Source: an uncultured candidate division Zixibacteria bacterium
GTDB lineage: Bacteria > Zixibacteria > MSB-5A5 > UBA10806
Length of the DNA stretch: 64,000 nucleotides
Assembly: GCA_963817915.1 (NCBI GenBank)
Contig: CAWFQL010000012.1
Span: 544,001 to 608,000, forward strand
Direction of reading: 5' to 3'
The translations under genes and the position numbers were made by a program. A model generated the notes under the pieces. The model was not told the origin of the DNA, made no database searches, and saw only the letters and a program-made list of their open reading frames with translations. Positions 26,661-36,542 of this stretch are shown here, piece after piece; the stretch's first letter is position 1, and the number at the start of each line of letters is the position of its first letter.

Positions 26661-28109
26661 CTAAAATCTCGAAAAAACGGTGACTCTTGTTCCTCGAAAT
26701 GTCGCTCTCACCTGGCAGACTCCGGACGAGCAGAGCAATCCGCCTCGTTCACCACCATGGAAAACGATTAGCTCATGGGATTTAAATCTAAGGGTGGCTT
26801 CGACATATGCCATTTTCTTGGAATCACTTGAATACTTATTATTCGATTTTGATCCGCCGAAATTGATTTGAAACAAACTTCCCCGCGAATAGCCCAATAT
26901 AGCGTAATCCTCATGATATGATGGCAATTCATTTGGCCAGAATCGTCTCGAATAAAGTGTTGCCGATACTGTTTGTTTTTCATCGAGATAGTAATATCCG
27001 TCAAAGTACGTTTCGATTTCTCTTCCTTCGGGGACATTCGGCGAAGAATCAAAACGGTCCCAGTGAAAATTGATCGTAGTTTTCGAAATCGGACTCCATC
27101 GCACACCGACAAATTTTTCCGCGAGATATTCATGTAGGGAATCTCTTGAATAGGCTTCCGAAAACGCCAGATCGAAAGTGAGATCGTAGTTAGGGGAGAT
27201 TAAAGTGCCGATCTGATACCCGTATTCGCTTAGTGTGCCCTTAAGCGAGGCCAGCGATCTTCCCTGATGACTGACCGGAGGCGGCAAATTAAACGATGAT
27301 ATCCCCAGGAAACCGGGATACAGCAGGCGGAAATAGTTTTTATACTCGCCGTAGATATTGAAAACTCCCTGATTCACTGAACTCGTGAAGTAGATGCCGT
27401 CGCCTGATATGGGATTGCCGAATTCATCGACTCCTTTTTTCATCGCGTATTCCGCATAAATATCAAAAGGTCCATAGGTGAATCCTGAGTTAAATGCCGT
27501 CAGGTTTATATTGGCGGCTTTTTCAGAGGCAACAATATTGTTTTGTTTGAAGCGCACATAGGAGAATCCGGCCTTAACAGGCGCGATGGGTTTTATGGCT
27601 CCCCTTGCGCCCCGGATAATAAATTCTCTTTCGCCGGTCAGCGAATTTAGGGCTCTTGCCGATAAAGCATCGAATTCATAGTGGTCGTAAAGCCCGGAGA
27701 ATTTGACGCCATCGAGGTTGTTATCGAAATTAACAACATCGTCGAGGAAGGCGTTAAGGGTAAGGCCCCTGTCGAATGCCTGATAAAAATTGCCAAGGTG
27801 AACAGTCAATCCGCCGTCATGCCATCCGAAATATCTCTGAACTGTTTTTTCATAGGACATATCCGGTTTGTAAGGCTCCAATACTCTTAGCCAGGTTCCG
27901 GCATAGAAATCACCAAGATTGAAATCGACATTAAAGCGATTATCAAGCGAGTCTTCTCGAGTATCCCCATGATGCCAGTACTGCATCCAATTGGCCGCGG
28001 AAACGGTCCAAACATTGCTCTGGGCAAGGCTCGAAGCGGGCGCTAGTAGCCATTCTGCCGCAAAGACCGCCAATATCGCCGCGGCGTAAAGAAGATATTT
28101 ATGCCGCAT
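26661..28109 (-). CDS. Outer-membrane beta-barrel-like protein (DUF6029-like)
   Basis: Signal peptide, GNFYQAFDRGLTL...DNNLDG motif, C-terminal GGERGGLLCSSGVC..FRG and terminal F. Confidence 0.65.
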   Translation of the reverse strand: MRHKYLLYAAAILAVFAAEWLLAPASSLAQSNVWTVSAANWMQYWHHGDTREDSLDNRFNVDFNLGDFYAGTWLRVLEPYKPDMSYEKTVQRYFGWHDGGLTVHLGNFYQAFDRGLTLNAFLDDVVNFDNNLDGVKFSGLYDHYEFDALSARALNSLTGEREFIIRGARGAIKPIAPVKAGFSYVRFKQNNIVASEKAANINLTAFNSGFTYGPFDIYAEYAMKKGVDEFGNPISGDGIYFTSSVNQGVFNIYGEYKNYFRLLYPGFLGISSFNLPPPVSHQGRSLASLKGTLSEYGYQIGTLISPNYDLTFDLAFSEAYSRDSLHEYLAEKFVGVRWSPISKTTINFHWDRFDSSPNVPEGREIETYFDGYYYLDEKQTVSATLYSRRFWPNELPSYHEDYAILGYSRGSLFQINFGGSKSNNKYSSDSKKMAYVEATLRFKSHELIVFHGGERGGLLCSSGVCQVRATFRGTRVTVFSRF

Positions 28110-28652
28110 TTATTTCCCCAGGTCCGACTTGGTAGTATCAGCGGTCAGGGAAACAAGATTGTCCTTGATTAACTTTTCAACCGCAACTTCGTCGCCGGGC
28201 TTGAATCCCACCGATGAAAAAATGATTTTGCCCTGCGGATCGGTAAGCACTGAATATGGGGTCGCGAAACCCTTGAATTTACGTCTGAAGACTTCGCCGT
28301 CATTATCGAATAAAACATTGAATGTCCAGCCACTTGATTTTACGAAGGCTTTTGCTTTCCCATAGGCCTTAGGTCCTTCGCTATTGATAGCATATACAAT
28401 AAATCCCTGGTCTTTGTATTTTTCATAGAGTTTTTCAACAATCTTGAGCTCTTCGACACAGGGCTTGCACCATGTCATCCAGAATGAAATGTAGATAGGA
28501 CCTTTTCTGAAGTTATCCGATAACTTTACGATTTTGCCATCGATATCGGGCAAAGTGAAATCGGGCACCATCTTTGTCTTAAACTCCTGGCCGTAGGCCA
28601 CTGAGCCTATTAGCAGCGCCATAACCACACAAATTGCAGTCGATAATCTCAT
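28110..28652 (-). CDS. TlpA-family disulfide reductase
   Basis: PDFTL.DIDG and FWMTWCKPC motifs; signal peptide. Confidence 0.9.
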   Translation of the reverse strand: MRLSTAICVVMALLIGSVAYGQEFKTKMVPDFTLPDIDGKIVKLSDNFRKGPIYISFWMTWCKPCVEELKIVEKLYEKYKDQGFIVYAINSEGPKAYGKAKAFVKSSGWTFNVLFDNDGEVFRRKFKGFATPYSVLTDPQGKIIFSSVGFKPGDEVAVEKLIKDNLVSLTADTTKSDLGK

Positions 28653-28897
28653 GTCATCTCCTGTTTGCTTATAAATATTAAGTTAATGTTTCCAATTTGA
28701 TAATTAATGATTCAACAATTAATTGAATTTCTTATGAACGTGTTTGGTTGTAGATTAGACATTGGCGGAATAATCTTCTTCATCTTGGTAATAGTTTAAT
28801 ATTATATAGCTAATTGTCAATTGAATTTTGATGATTTGGCTTACTCAGATAAGATGGCTATAAAGACCGTTTAGGTCACTTTCAATAGTCCTGCCAT

Positions 28898-28935
28898 AAA
28901 AAAAAACGCCGACGTATCGACGCGTCGGCGGTTTT
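28898..28935 (-). terminator. Intrinsic terminator
   Basis: CGCCGACG-loop-CGTCGGCG hairpin with a long T-run on the minus strand. Confidence 0.7.
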
Positions 28936-28951
28936 ACTTTGATTGATTTTT

Positions 28952-31900
28952 TTAGAATTCGGCCCCGAATGAAAAATACCATTCCGGTCTTGGTGCGAAA
29001 TGTTTCAGATTCGTGGCCCAGGCTACATCAACCCGGAGCACAAAGATGCCTAAATTCGCGCGCGGCCCAAATCCGATACCGCCAAGCATTTCGCCCGGAC
29101 GTCTGACAGTATCCTTTACAGGGTCTCTAAGATGGGCATGAGAGATATTACTGCTACTGTTCGAAGTATCACCCCAGGCCATTCCCATATCCCAGAAGAG
29201 CGCGCCTGATATTTGCCCCAAGGTCATCGGCAATGGAAATTGCATTTTAAAATAATCAATGAATGGATAGCGGAATTCGAAATTCGTGATCCAATATCTC
29301 GTTCCAGAGTCAGAAAAGTATTTGTATCCTCTGAGCGGAACAACTAACTCATTCAGGTAAATATCCTTCACATTGAATATATCGCCTTGAGATCGTTTGG
29401 GGCCTATCCAGTTCGCTGTTCCCCCCATATAATACCTCTTGGCATCGGGACCTCCTGAAGCCGCGGCGCCAAACCTGAAGGCGAAATTATAGCGTGTCCA
29501 AAAATGCCAGTAATTGCGGTAATCGGCCTCAACAGCATGATATGAAAGGTCTGAACTGACCACCTTTATAGATTGTTCAAGCGCAATTTTATATCGATGT
29601 CCGGATACAGGTCCCACTATTCCCCAGATGACGGAATCATTGATATATTCCAGATTTGCATTTAGTATGTTTTTCGTCTCATTGTCCTTGCCATTATAAT
29701 CAAAATTATCTCTGGCAATTGTGGTTTGCGAAAGAGTGAAATCCAGACGCGTAAATTTCGAGAATGGATATGACACATATCCCTGAGCTCCGTAAACGCG
29801 GTCCGAGAAATAAAAGTTATTGTAATCGTCGTAATATAGATTTTTAAAGTGGAACACACCGAAAGCCAGATTCGGCCTGTGAGCGGTATATGAGTACGCC
29901 AGTTGAAAATTCGATTGGTCTATCGTATTGACTAAATCGGTGTACAAGAAGAAGTGATGATTGCCAAACATATCCGAAACCGAGAGATAGGACTGTCCCC
30001 GCAAACCGTAGAAATTGTCATAAGTAAATCCGCCGGATACCAATTCGGGCGCGAATTTTAATTTGTAAGGGTGTTCAATATAACTGCCGTCCGCTTTTTG
30101 GTATTTAAGTGTATCCAAAACGGCATGTAAGGAATCAATCTCAATATTCTGGGAAGTGGTCGTATCTGCAGGAGTTTCGCTTTGCTTTGAGACAATTTCG
30201 CTTTCGCCCGCGTGAAATACATAGGTGCTGAAATCGAGGTTTGCTTTTTTGGTTGTATCCGGTTTGACAGTAACCGTATCCGATACCGCCACGACTTTGG
30301 GTACAAAGAAATTTTTATCGCCGCTTCTCAGCTTTTTCATGAAGGAAGTCAAAGACAATTCACTTTTGTCATCGCCGACATTTTTGATATTTTTAAGCGC
30401 GTAAATATCGAATCCCAATTTAAAGAATCCTGAGTATGCAATTTGATCGCCGTCGGGTGACCAGGTCGGGGTGAACGCTCCGGAAATAAGATTTGTTACA
30501 GGGAATGTCTTCTTGGTGGCGATTTCATAGATATAAATATTATCAATGCCATTGCGGTTAGATATGAAGGCAATCCTCTGGCCGTCCGGAGAGAATGCCG
30601 GCTGATCATCTTTATATGGTGATTCAATCAGGGGCGAAATCGTGTCAGCCTCGGAGTCGCAGAGGAATATGTTGTAATCGCCATATTTAAATGTCGAATC
30701 CGGTATTCCGTTGAAGGGCCTATCCGACGCGAACGCCAAAAAGCGGCTGTCCTTATCCCATGAGGGATTGGTGTCATCGTATAGGTCGTTCATCAGCTTG
30801 TCTAATTTGCCGGTGTCCAGATGATAAACATATATATCGGCAAAACCATGATCTATTCCTTCGAACGCTATCTTCTTACCATCGGGAGACCATGATGGAT
30901 TTCTCATTTCGCCTAATTTAAGATCGATTTTTTTCTTTCGCTTGCCATTATCAGCGTTATAGATAAGAAGCATGTCTCTTCCGTGGCTCTTTCCTACAAA
31001 TGCCAGTTCCGTACCATCAGGTGACCAGGTAAGCCCCGAGACATACGAATGCAATGATTCGAGATCGCCAGATCGTTCGGCTTTTATCAGATGCGATATG
31101 ATTTTACCATCTACAGTGGAAATAATGAAAACATCGTTATATCTGTCGGAGTAGCCATTTTGCGGATTAGCACGATCGGAGAAGAACGCGAGTCGGTCGC
31201 CCTTTGGTGACCAGACCGGTTTCTGATTGTATAATGAGCCGTCCTTGACATGATTTGTCAATGCTTTGGAAATTTCCTCGGGCTCTTTTCTTTCGGCAAT
31301 TTCGGGCCAGTAAACACGCCTTAAGTCCTTCTGCCAGTCATCTGAAAGGTCCTGAATCGAGACTCCCAGCGCGGCTTTCACTGCCCGTTCCATGGTCTTA
31401 TGATATTTGCCCTTATTCAATATTTCGGCTATTTTTTCTTCACCGTATTTTTCGGAAATATATTCCAAAGCGGATTGGCCACCTTTATACGCGAGAAAAC
31501 CGTCGAGAAAATCGAGCGGAGGCATATAGCCTGCTGTAATAGCATCTCGCGCGTACATGTCGGCTTCGAGTTCCCATCCGTGTCTTGAAGAAAATTCGGC
31601 GTAACCCTCGGAAAACCATAATGGCGGCTGGAATAGCGCCTCCGCCGATAGGATCGAACGCAGGGTATTGCCATAAAGTAAATTGAACCAAACCGCATGG
31701 GTTAATTCATGATGAAGCACATGGCGAAATTCTTCATATGAACCTGTGAATGGAATGGTCATCCTATTTTTGAACGCTTCGGTAACGCCGCCGACACCTT
31801 CCGGTATAATATCCGAAATAACATTGGTTTGTTCGAATTCACCGTGAGACGCGTATAGAATTACCGGGACCCGTTCGGTAAGATTGTAGTTGAGCTGTTC

Positions 31901-32113
31901 TTTGATCTCATTGTAGGCAACTTCAAGTGTTTTAGCCGCGAATGTTGCCAGGGTGTCTTCGCCTTTATAAAAGTAGACATCGAAATGTGGTGTCTGGATA
32001 TAGTACCAGTCAAAATTTCGATACTGGACCTTATTTTGGCCGAATGTGGGTTCTTGCGCCGATGCTGTTACCGCCGCCATGATTGTCATTACGTATACAA
32101 ATATTTTTCTCAT
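28952..32113 (-). CDS. Gluzincin (peptidase MA-like) + PD40/TolB beta-propeller + Omp85/BamA-type barrel protein
   Basis: FGQNKVQY, HELTH...WFSEGYAE, repeated WSPDG, LRGY (VRGY-like) motif and terminal FSFGAEF. Confidence 0.85.
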   Translation of the reverse strand: MRKIFVYVMTIMAAVTASAQEPTFGQNKVQYRNFDWYYIQTPHFDVYFYKGEDTLATFAAKTLEVAYNEIKEQLNYNLTERVPVILYASHGEFEQTNVISDIIPEGVGGVTEAFKNRMTIPFTGSYEEFRHVLHHELTHAVWFNLLYGNTLRSILSAEALFQPPLWFSEGYAEFSSRHGWELEADMYARDAITAGYMPPLDFLDGFLAYKGGQSALEYISEKYGEEKIAEILNKGKYHKTMERAVKAALGVSIQDLSDDWQKDLRRVYWPEIAERKEPEEISKALTNHVKDGSLYNQKPVWSPKGDRLAFFSDRANPQNGYSDRYNDVFIISTVDGKIISHLIKAERSGDLESLHSYVSGLTWSPDGTELAFVGKSHGRDMLLIYNADNGKRKKKIDLKLGEMRNPSWSPDGKKIAFEGIDHGFADIYVYHLDTGKLDKLMNDLYDDTNPSWDKDSRFLAFASDRPFNGIPDSTFKYGDYNIFLCDSEADTISPLIESPYKDDQPAFSPDGQRIAFISNRNGIDNIYIYEIATKKTFPVTNLISGAFTPTWSPDGDQIAYSGFFKLGFDIYALKNIKNVGDDKSELSLTSFMKKLRSGDKNFFVPKVVAVSDTVTVKPDTTKKANLDFSTYVFHAGESEIVSKQSETPADTTTSQNIEIDSLHAVLDTLKYQKADGSYIEHPYKLKFAPELVSGGFTYDNFYGLRGQSYLSVSDMFGNHHFFLYTDLVNTIDQSNFQLAYSYTAHRPNLAFGVFHFKNLYYDDYNNFYFSDRVYGAQGYVSYPFSKFTRLDFTLSQTTIARDNFDYNGKDNETKNILNANLEYINDSVIWGIVGPVSGHRYKIALEQSIKVVSSDLSYHAVEADYRNYWHFWTRYNFAFRFGAAASGGPDAKRYYMGGTANWIGPKRSQGDIFNVKDIYLNELVVPLRGYKYFSDSGTRYWITNFEFRYPFIDYFKMQFPLPMTLGQISGALFWDMGMAWGDTSNSSSNISHAHLRDPVKDTVRRPGEMLGGIGFGPRANLGIFVLRVDVAWATNLKHFAPRPEWYFSFGAEF

Positions 32114-32188
32114 CTCACCTGCCCGTTAAGCTACTCTGTAAGGAATTAAACATCCCAATCGACGAGTCTGTTCCGAACTCCACCTCTA

Positions 32189-33451
32189 TTACACGACAAC
32201 ACGAGATATATTCCCGCCAAGGCCGAGTAATTTATTTTCGATACTTTCATAACCCCGGTCGATATGATAAACTCTCAAGACTTCCGATTCCCCTTTGGCG
32301 CCCAGTGTCGCCAGAACCAGCCCTGCCCCGGCGCGGATATCCGATGCCATTACCGAGGCACCGTTGAGCGGCATGCCGCCGGTGATGATGGCATCCTCGC
32401 CCGATACCTTTATTTGCGCGCCGAGCCTCTGAAGTTCCATGACATGTGTAAATCTTTCAGTAAAGACAGTTTCTTTTATGTACGAAGTGCCATCGGCAAT
32501 CAGGGCGTAAGACATGATCGCGGCCTGTAGGTCTGTTGGAAATCCTGGGTAAGGGAAGGTCGTGATTTTAACCGGCGCGGCTTTGCCTTTGCGGGACGCT
32601 GATATACTATTTTTGCCGATTTTGAATGTCATGCCGGATTCGGTCAATTTGGATAGTAATATTTGAAGATCGTCGGCGTTGGCAGGAGCAAGCTCGATTT
32701 TGCCGCCGCAGATTCCGGTGGCCAGAATAAATGTGCCGACTTCAAGGCGGTCGGGCATTACTTTATATTCAGCGCCGCGAAGTTTTTTGACGCCGGTAAT
32801 TTCCATTCGAGTTGTGCCTTCGCCCTTAACTTTGGCTCCCATTCGATTGAGGAAATTGGCCAGATCGACAACTTCAGGGTCGCAGGCGGCATTGATGATT
32901 GTGGTAGTGCCCTCGGCCAGGACGGCGGCCATCATGATGTTTTCGGTTCCGGTATGGCTGGGGCGGTCAAAGAAGATTTCGGCCCCTTTAAGAGCCTTGG
33001 CCATAGCGGTGATATACCCCTGACTTTCGTGAACCTTGGCGCCCAATCGTTCGAACCCGGCGACATGCTGATCGACAGGACGAGGACCAAGGACACATCC
33101 CCCTGGCAATGACACGCGGGCCTTGCCGATTCGTCCAAGGAGCGGTCCCATTACCAGGAATGACGCTCTCATCTTCCTGACCAGATCATATGGCGCGACA
33201 TGGCTCTTAATATTGGCAGCGTCGATGACCATGCTGCCGGCTTTTTCGTCGTGATCGACAGTGACTCCGAGCTCTTTGAGCACTCCGCCCATTGTCCGGA
33301 TATCAGCGAGATTAGGGATATTGGTCAATGTAGTCTTGCCATTTTCGGCCAATAATGATGCCACGATAATCGGTAATGCGGCGTTTTTCGAGCCGGAAAT
33401 CGCTACTTTTCCAGAGAGTTCATTGCCTCCCCTGACAATAAATTTATCCAT
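32189..33451 (-). CDS. murA: UDP-N-acetylglucosamine 1-carboxyvinyltransferase
   Basis: GSKNAALP, RKMRAS, PGGC.LG.RP, PGFPTDLQ, DIRAGA and HIDRGYE motifs. Confidence 0.97.
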   Translation of the reverse strand: MDKFIVRGGNELSGKVAISGSKNAALPIIVASLLAENGKTTLTNIPNLADIRTMGGVLKELGVTVDHDEKAGSMVIDAANIKSHVAPYDLVRKMRASFLVMGPLLGRIGKARVSLPGGCVLGPRPVDQHVAGFERLGAKVHESQGYITAMAKALKGAEIFFDRPSHTGTENIMMAAVLAEGTTTIINAACDPEVVDLANFLNRMGAKVKGEGTTRMEITGVKKLRGAEYKVMPDRLEVGTFILATGICGGKIELAPANADDLQILLSKLTESGMTFKIGKNSISASRKGKAAPVKITTFPYPGFPTDLQAAIMSYALIADGTSYIKETVFTERFTHVMELQRLGAQIKVSGEDAIITGGMPLNGASVMASDIRAGAGLVLATLGAKGESEVLRVYHIDRGYESIENKLLGLGGNISRVVV

Positions 33452-33559
33452 GATACCTTTCCATTTCGCTTTTTTTATCTTAAATCGGAACAGCCGTCCG
33501 ATTATACGTCATCAGATTCCTTTTGCTCCAAACTCGCCCATTATATTATAATTGTCGGC

Positions 33560-34297
33560 ATGGAGCAAGAATTAAGGGGGGGCAAAAAAGTATATTTCAT
33601 ATCCGATGCCCATTTGGGGATTCGCGAGAGTCCATCGGAGCGGGAAGACAGGCTGATCGCAGTACTGGATAGGGTAGAGGCCGATGGTTCGCATTTGTAT
33701 ATTGTCGGCGATCTGTTTGATTTCTGGTTCGAATATAAGTACGCTATTCCCGGAGCCTTCTTGAAAGTATTGGCGAAGCTGCTGAGGCTGACTCAGGCCG
33801 GGGTCAAGGTTTTCTATACGCCGGGGAATCATGATTTTTGGATGAGGGACTATCTCAAACGGCAAGCCGGAATCGAGCTTACCGGCGACTGGCTCGAGGT
33901 CAATCATTTCGGGAAACGGATCTATATCACTCACGGCGATGGCTTGCGCAGGGACGATGTCGGGTATCGTTTCATCAAACGGATATTTCGTAACCGTTTC
34001 TGTGTTTGGCTATATTCGCAGGTGCCGGTTAATCTGGCTTATCGAATGGCGATGGGGACATCGCATGCTTCCCGTCAATACACCAACTCCCGCAACCAGC
34101 GCGACCCGCACGATTATATCGAATTCGCGCGAACCAAGACAGCAGTCGGATACGACGCGGTGGTCATGGGGCATGTTCATCATCCGCAGATTGAGGATCT
34201 GGGCAATGGGCTGTACATCAACTGCGGCGACTTCTTCGAAAGCTTCAGCTATGTGATTCTGGATGAGCAGGGATTTAGGATGGAGAGGGCGGAGTAG
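33560..34297 (+). CDS. lpxH: UDP-2,3-diacylglucosamine diphosphatase (LpxH-like)
   Basis: ISDAHLG, GDLFDFW, GNHD, HGD and GHVH motifs, all intact. Confidence 0.8.
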   Translation: MEQELRGGKKVYFISDAHLGIRESPSEREDRLIAVLDRVEADGSHLYIVGDLFDFWFEYKYAIPGAFLKVLAKLLRLTQAGVKVFYTPGNHDFWMRDYLKRQAGIELTGDWLEVNHFGKRIYITHGDGLRRDDVGYRFIKRIFRNRFCVWLYSQVPVNLAYRMAMGTSHASRQYTNSRNQRDPHDYIEFARTKTAVGYDAVVMGHVHHPQIEDLGNGLYINCGDFFESFSYVILDEQGFRMERAE

Positions 34298-34307
34298 GGA
34301 AAAGATC

Positions 34308-35519
34308 ATGGATAAAACTATTTTCAGAAATATTATTGAAAAAAATGAAAACGATTGTCTCGATTTCAAAATAAAATGTAAAGCATTTGAGTCAAAAGAA
34401 ATTGGTCCTAAAGCAGAATTAGCAAAGGATATTTGCGCCATGGCGAATAATGGCAATAAAACTAGTTACATTGTTATTGGCGTTTCAGACGATAAGAGAA
34501 ATTATTTGTCAATTTCCAATATGAAGCTTACTGAAGAAAATTTACAGGATTTCTGCAAAACTGCGATTTATCCTGTGCCTACCGTAAAGCTTTTTCGCGA
34601 TAAGTATCTGAAATCGTCATCTCGATTTTCAAATACAGAGTTCGCGGTCATCCAGATAGGCCCCCACGCAAAACAGGCGTTTAGGCTCGCGCGCGATTTT
34701 ATCAATCATGACGAAAAGGTAAGTTTTAGAAAAAATGAAGTATGGATTAGACGCGGAAGGATCAGCGATTTAGCGACGCCAGAGGAAATAGTTAATCTTA
34801 GTCGCAAAAATGCTAGACTGCATATCGAAAAAAGCGGGCATAATGTTGATTACTATAGGCTCCCTATGAAAGAAAAATATAATGCTATCATGAAGGACTT
34901 GAAAATTTTAATATCCGAACACCAGGGCAAGTTCTTAAAGCATGATTTCATCCTAAAATTATTTGAGGAAACTTTCGTCTTTAATATTCGAGTTGCTGAT
35001 AAATTCGGAAAGGATTTATTAGACTACTATCTTAGAGGTCGGGCTTTTGGGCATATTATTTTAGTTGTTTCGGTAAATAACGTTAGCCGTGGTTCCTTTT
35101 CGTCTTATTCGGATGTGTTATTCAAAGAAAATTGGGGTTGGTTTTCGAATTTTGAAATACATGGTGGCCAATCCGCCTATAATTATTTTGGAATATTTGT
35201 GCCACTTCAGAACAATTATATGCCATTTACAGTTATTTGTCTATCGAACGTAAGGAGCAGTGATCACCTTAGAAGGTCATTCTTAAGTCTTATAAATTAT
35301 TTAAATAGCGATATTAATGTCCAAAATAATTTGCAAGAATCCCGCGATATTATCAATTCTCAGCTTTTTGAATGGCTAAAACTCCCTAAGAAATTTGCTA
35401 CATTTCACAATATAAGAGACCAGGGAACGAAATTATCTCTAATATCATCGGCAAAGCGAGTGCTTAAATATAGTATGAGCGATACGGTAAAGTCCCTTTC
35501 GAAAAATACTATCGCCTAA
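34308..35519 (+). CDS. Schlafen/AlbA_2-domain protein
   Basis: E...LDFK...ELAKDICAMAN...YIVIGVSD and WIRRG...LATPEEI motifs; AT-rich relative to its neighbours; C-terminal half unrecognised. Confidence 0.8.
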   Translation: MDKTIFRNIIEKNENDCLDFKIKCKAFESKEIGPKAELAKDICAMANNGNKTSYIVIGVSDDKRNYLSISNMKLTEENLQDFCKTAIYPVPTVKLFRDKYLKSSSRFSNTEFAVIQIGPHAKQAFRLARDFINHDEKVSFRKNEVWIRRGRISDLATPEEIVNLSRKNARLHIEKSGHNVDYYRLPMKEKYNAIMKDLKILISEHQGKFLKHDFILKLFEETFVFNIRVADKFGKDLLDYYLRGRAFGHIILVVSVNNVSRGSFSSYSDVLFKENWGWFSNFEIHGGQSAYNYFGIFVPLQNNYMPFTVICLSNVRSSDHLRRSFLSLINYLNSDINVQNNLQESRDIINSQLFEWLKLPKKFATFHNIRDQGTKLSLISSAKRVLKYSMSDTVKSLSKNTIA

Positions 35520-35856
35520 TTTATTCATTGCGAGCAACATAAATCAGTCGCCCAAATTTCTACGAAATTTAGGAATATGACCCAAAACCACAAGGGGTTT
35601 TGTGCTACAATCTTGAAACGGGTTGTTTCATCCTAATTTCATTTTATTGCTTCCTTTAATTATTTTCGTCATCATCCATTTTCGTTTTTCATTTCTGCGC
35701 CACATTAAGTCCGCGGTAGCCGGACAACTAATGTGGCGCTGGATCCCAGGATCCACATCGTCACATTTTCCGGCTGTCGCCGGACTAGAAAGCGGGGCCC
35801 CCGTCCTTCCATCTATCGGGGGTTTTGAAAACAAATGCTGGTTGAACGGTTTTGGA

Positions 35857-36462
35857 CGGTGAACCATCAGGAAAGGGTTCCTGACGGTGCGGAGGTAGGA
35901 TGCGGTCACGGCAGGCCCGCCACCGGCGGATAAACCGTGACACGCAGGAAATTTATTCCTGCCGTAGAGACGCAAGATTTTGCGTCTCTACCAAGACGGA
36001 TGATACGCTGGGTTCGTGTCGGCTGAGGGCAGCCGACACCACGGGAGGTCGCGCAATGGCGGGGCAAGATTCCGCATCAAGCTCTCTTGAGTCCGGCGAC
36101 AGACGGATGCGGAATGACAGGTTTGTCATTCATGCGGTGAACCGTCAGGAAGGGGTTCCTGACGGCGCGGAGGTAGGATGCGGTCACGGCAAGCCGTGAC
36201 ACGCAGGAAATTTATGCCTGCCGTAGAGACGCAAGATTTTGCGTCTCTACAAAGACGATGATAAGCAACTTTCGTGTCGGCTGAGGGCAGCCGACACCAC
36301 GGGAGGTCGCGCAATGGCGGGGCAAGATTCCGCATCAAGCTCTCTTGAGTCCGGCGACTGACGGATGCGGAATGACAGGTTTATACTGGTGGGGGTAGCC
36401 GACACCGCGAAAAGGTTCGCAATGGCCGGGCAAGATTCGCGTCAAGTGCGGAATGACAGGTT
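35857..36462 (+). repeat. Tandem composite repeat of REP-like palindromes (BIME-like)
   Basis: Two near-identical units (35857-36124 and 36135-36382) plus a partial third, each a string of hairpins including GTAGAGACGCAAGATTTTGCGTCTCTAC. Confidence 0.9.
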
Positions 36463-36542
36463 GGCGCGATATAATTCCAGATTGATATTGACTATATGCC
36501 GCACCCAATTATATTTGGATTTCTTTAGGATAAGGATTGCCG

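Noticed and set aside
35857..36462. Possible CRISPR array
   Set aside because: Units are about 250-270 bp mosaics repeated almost in full, with no constant 25-45 bp repeat separated by unique spacers; no cas genes in the window.
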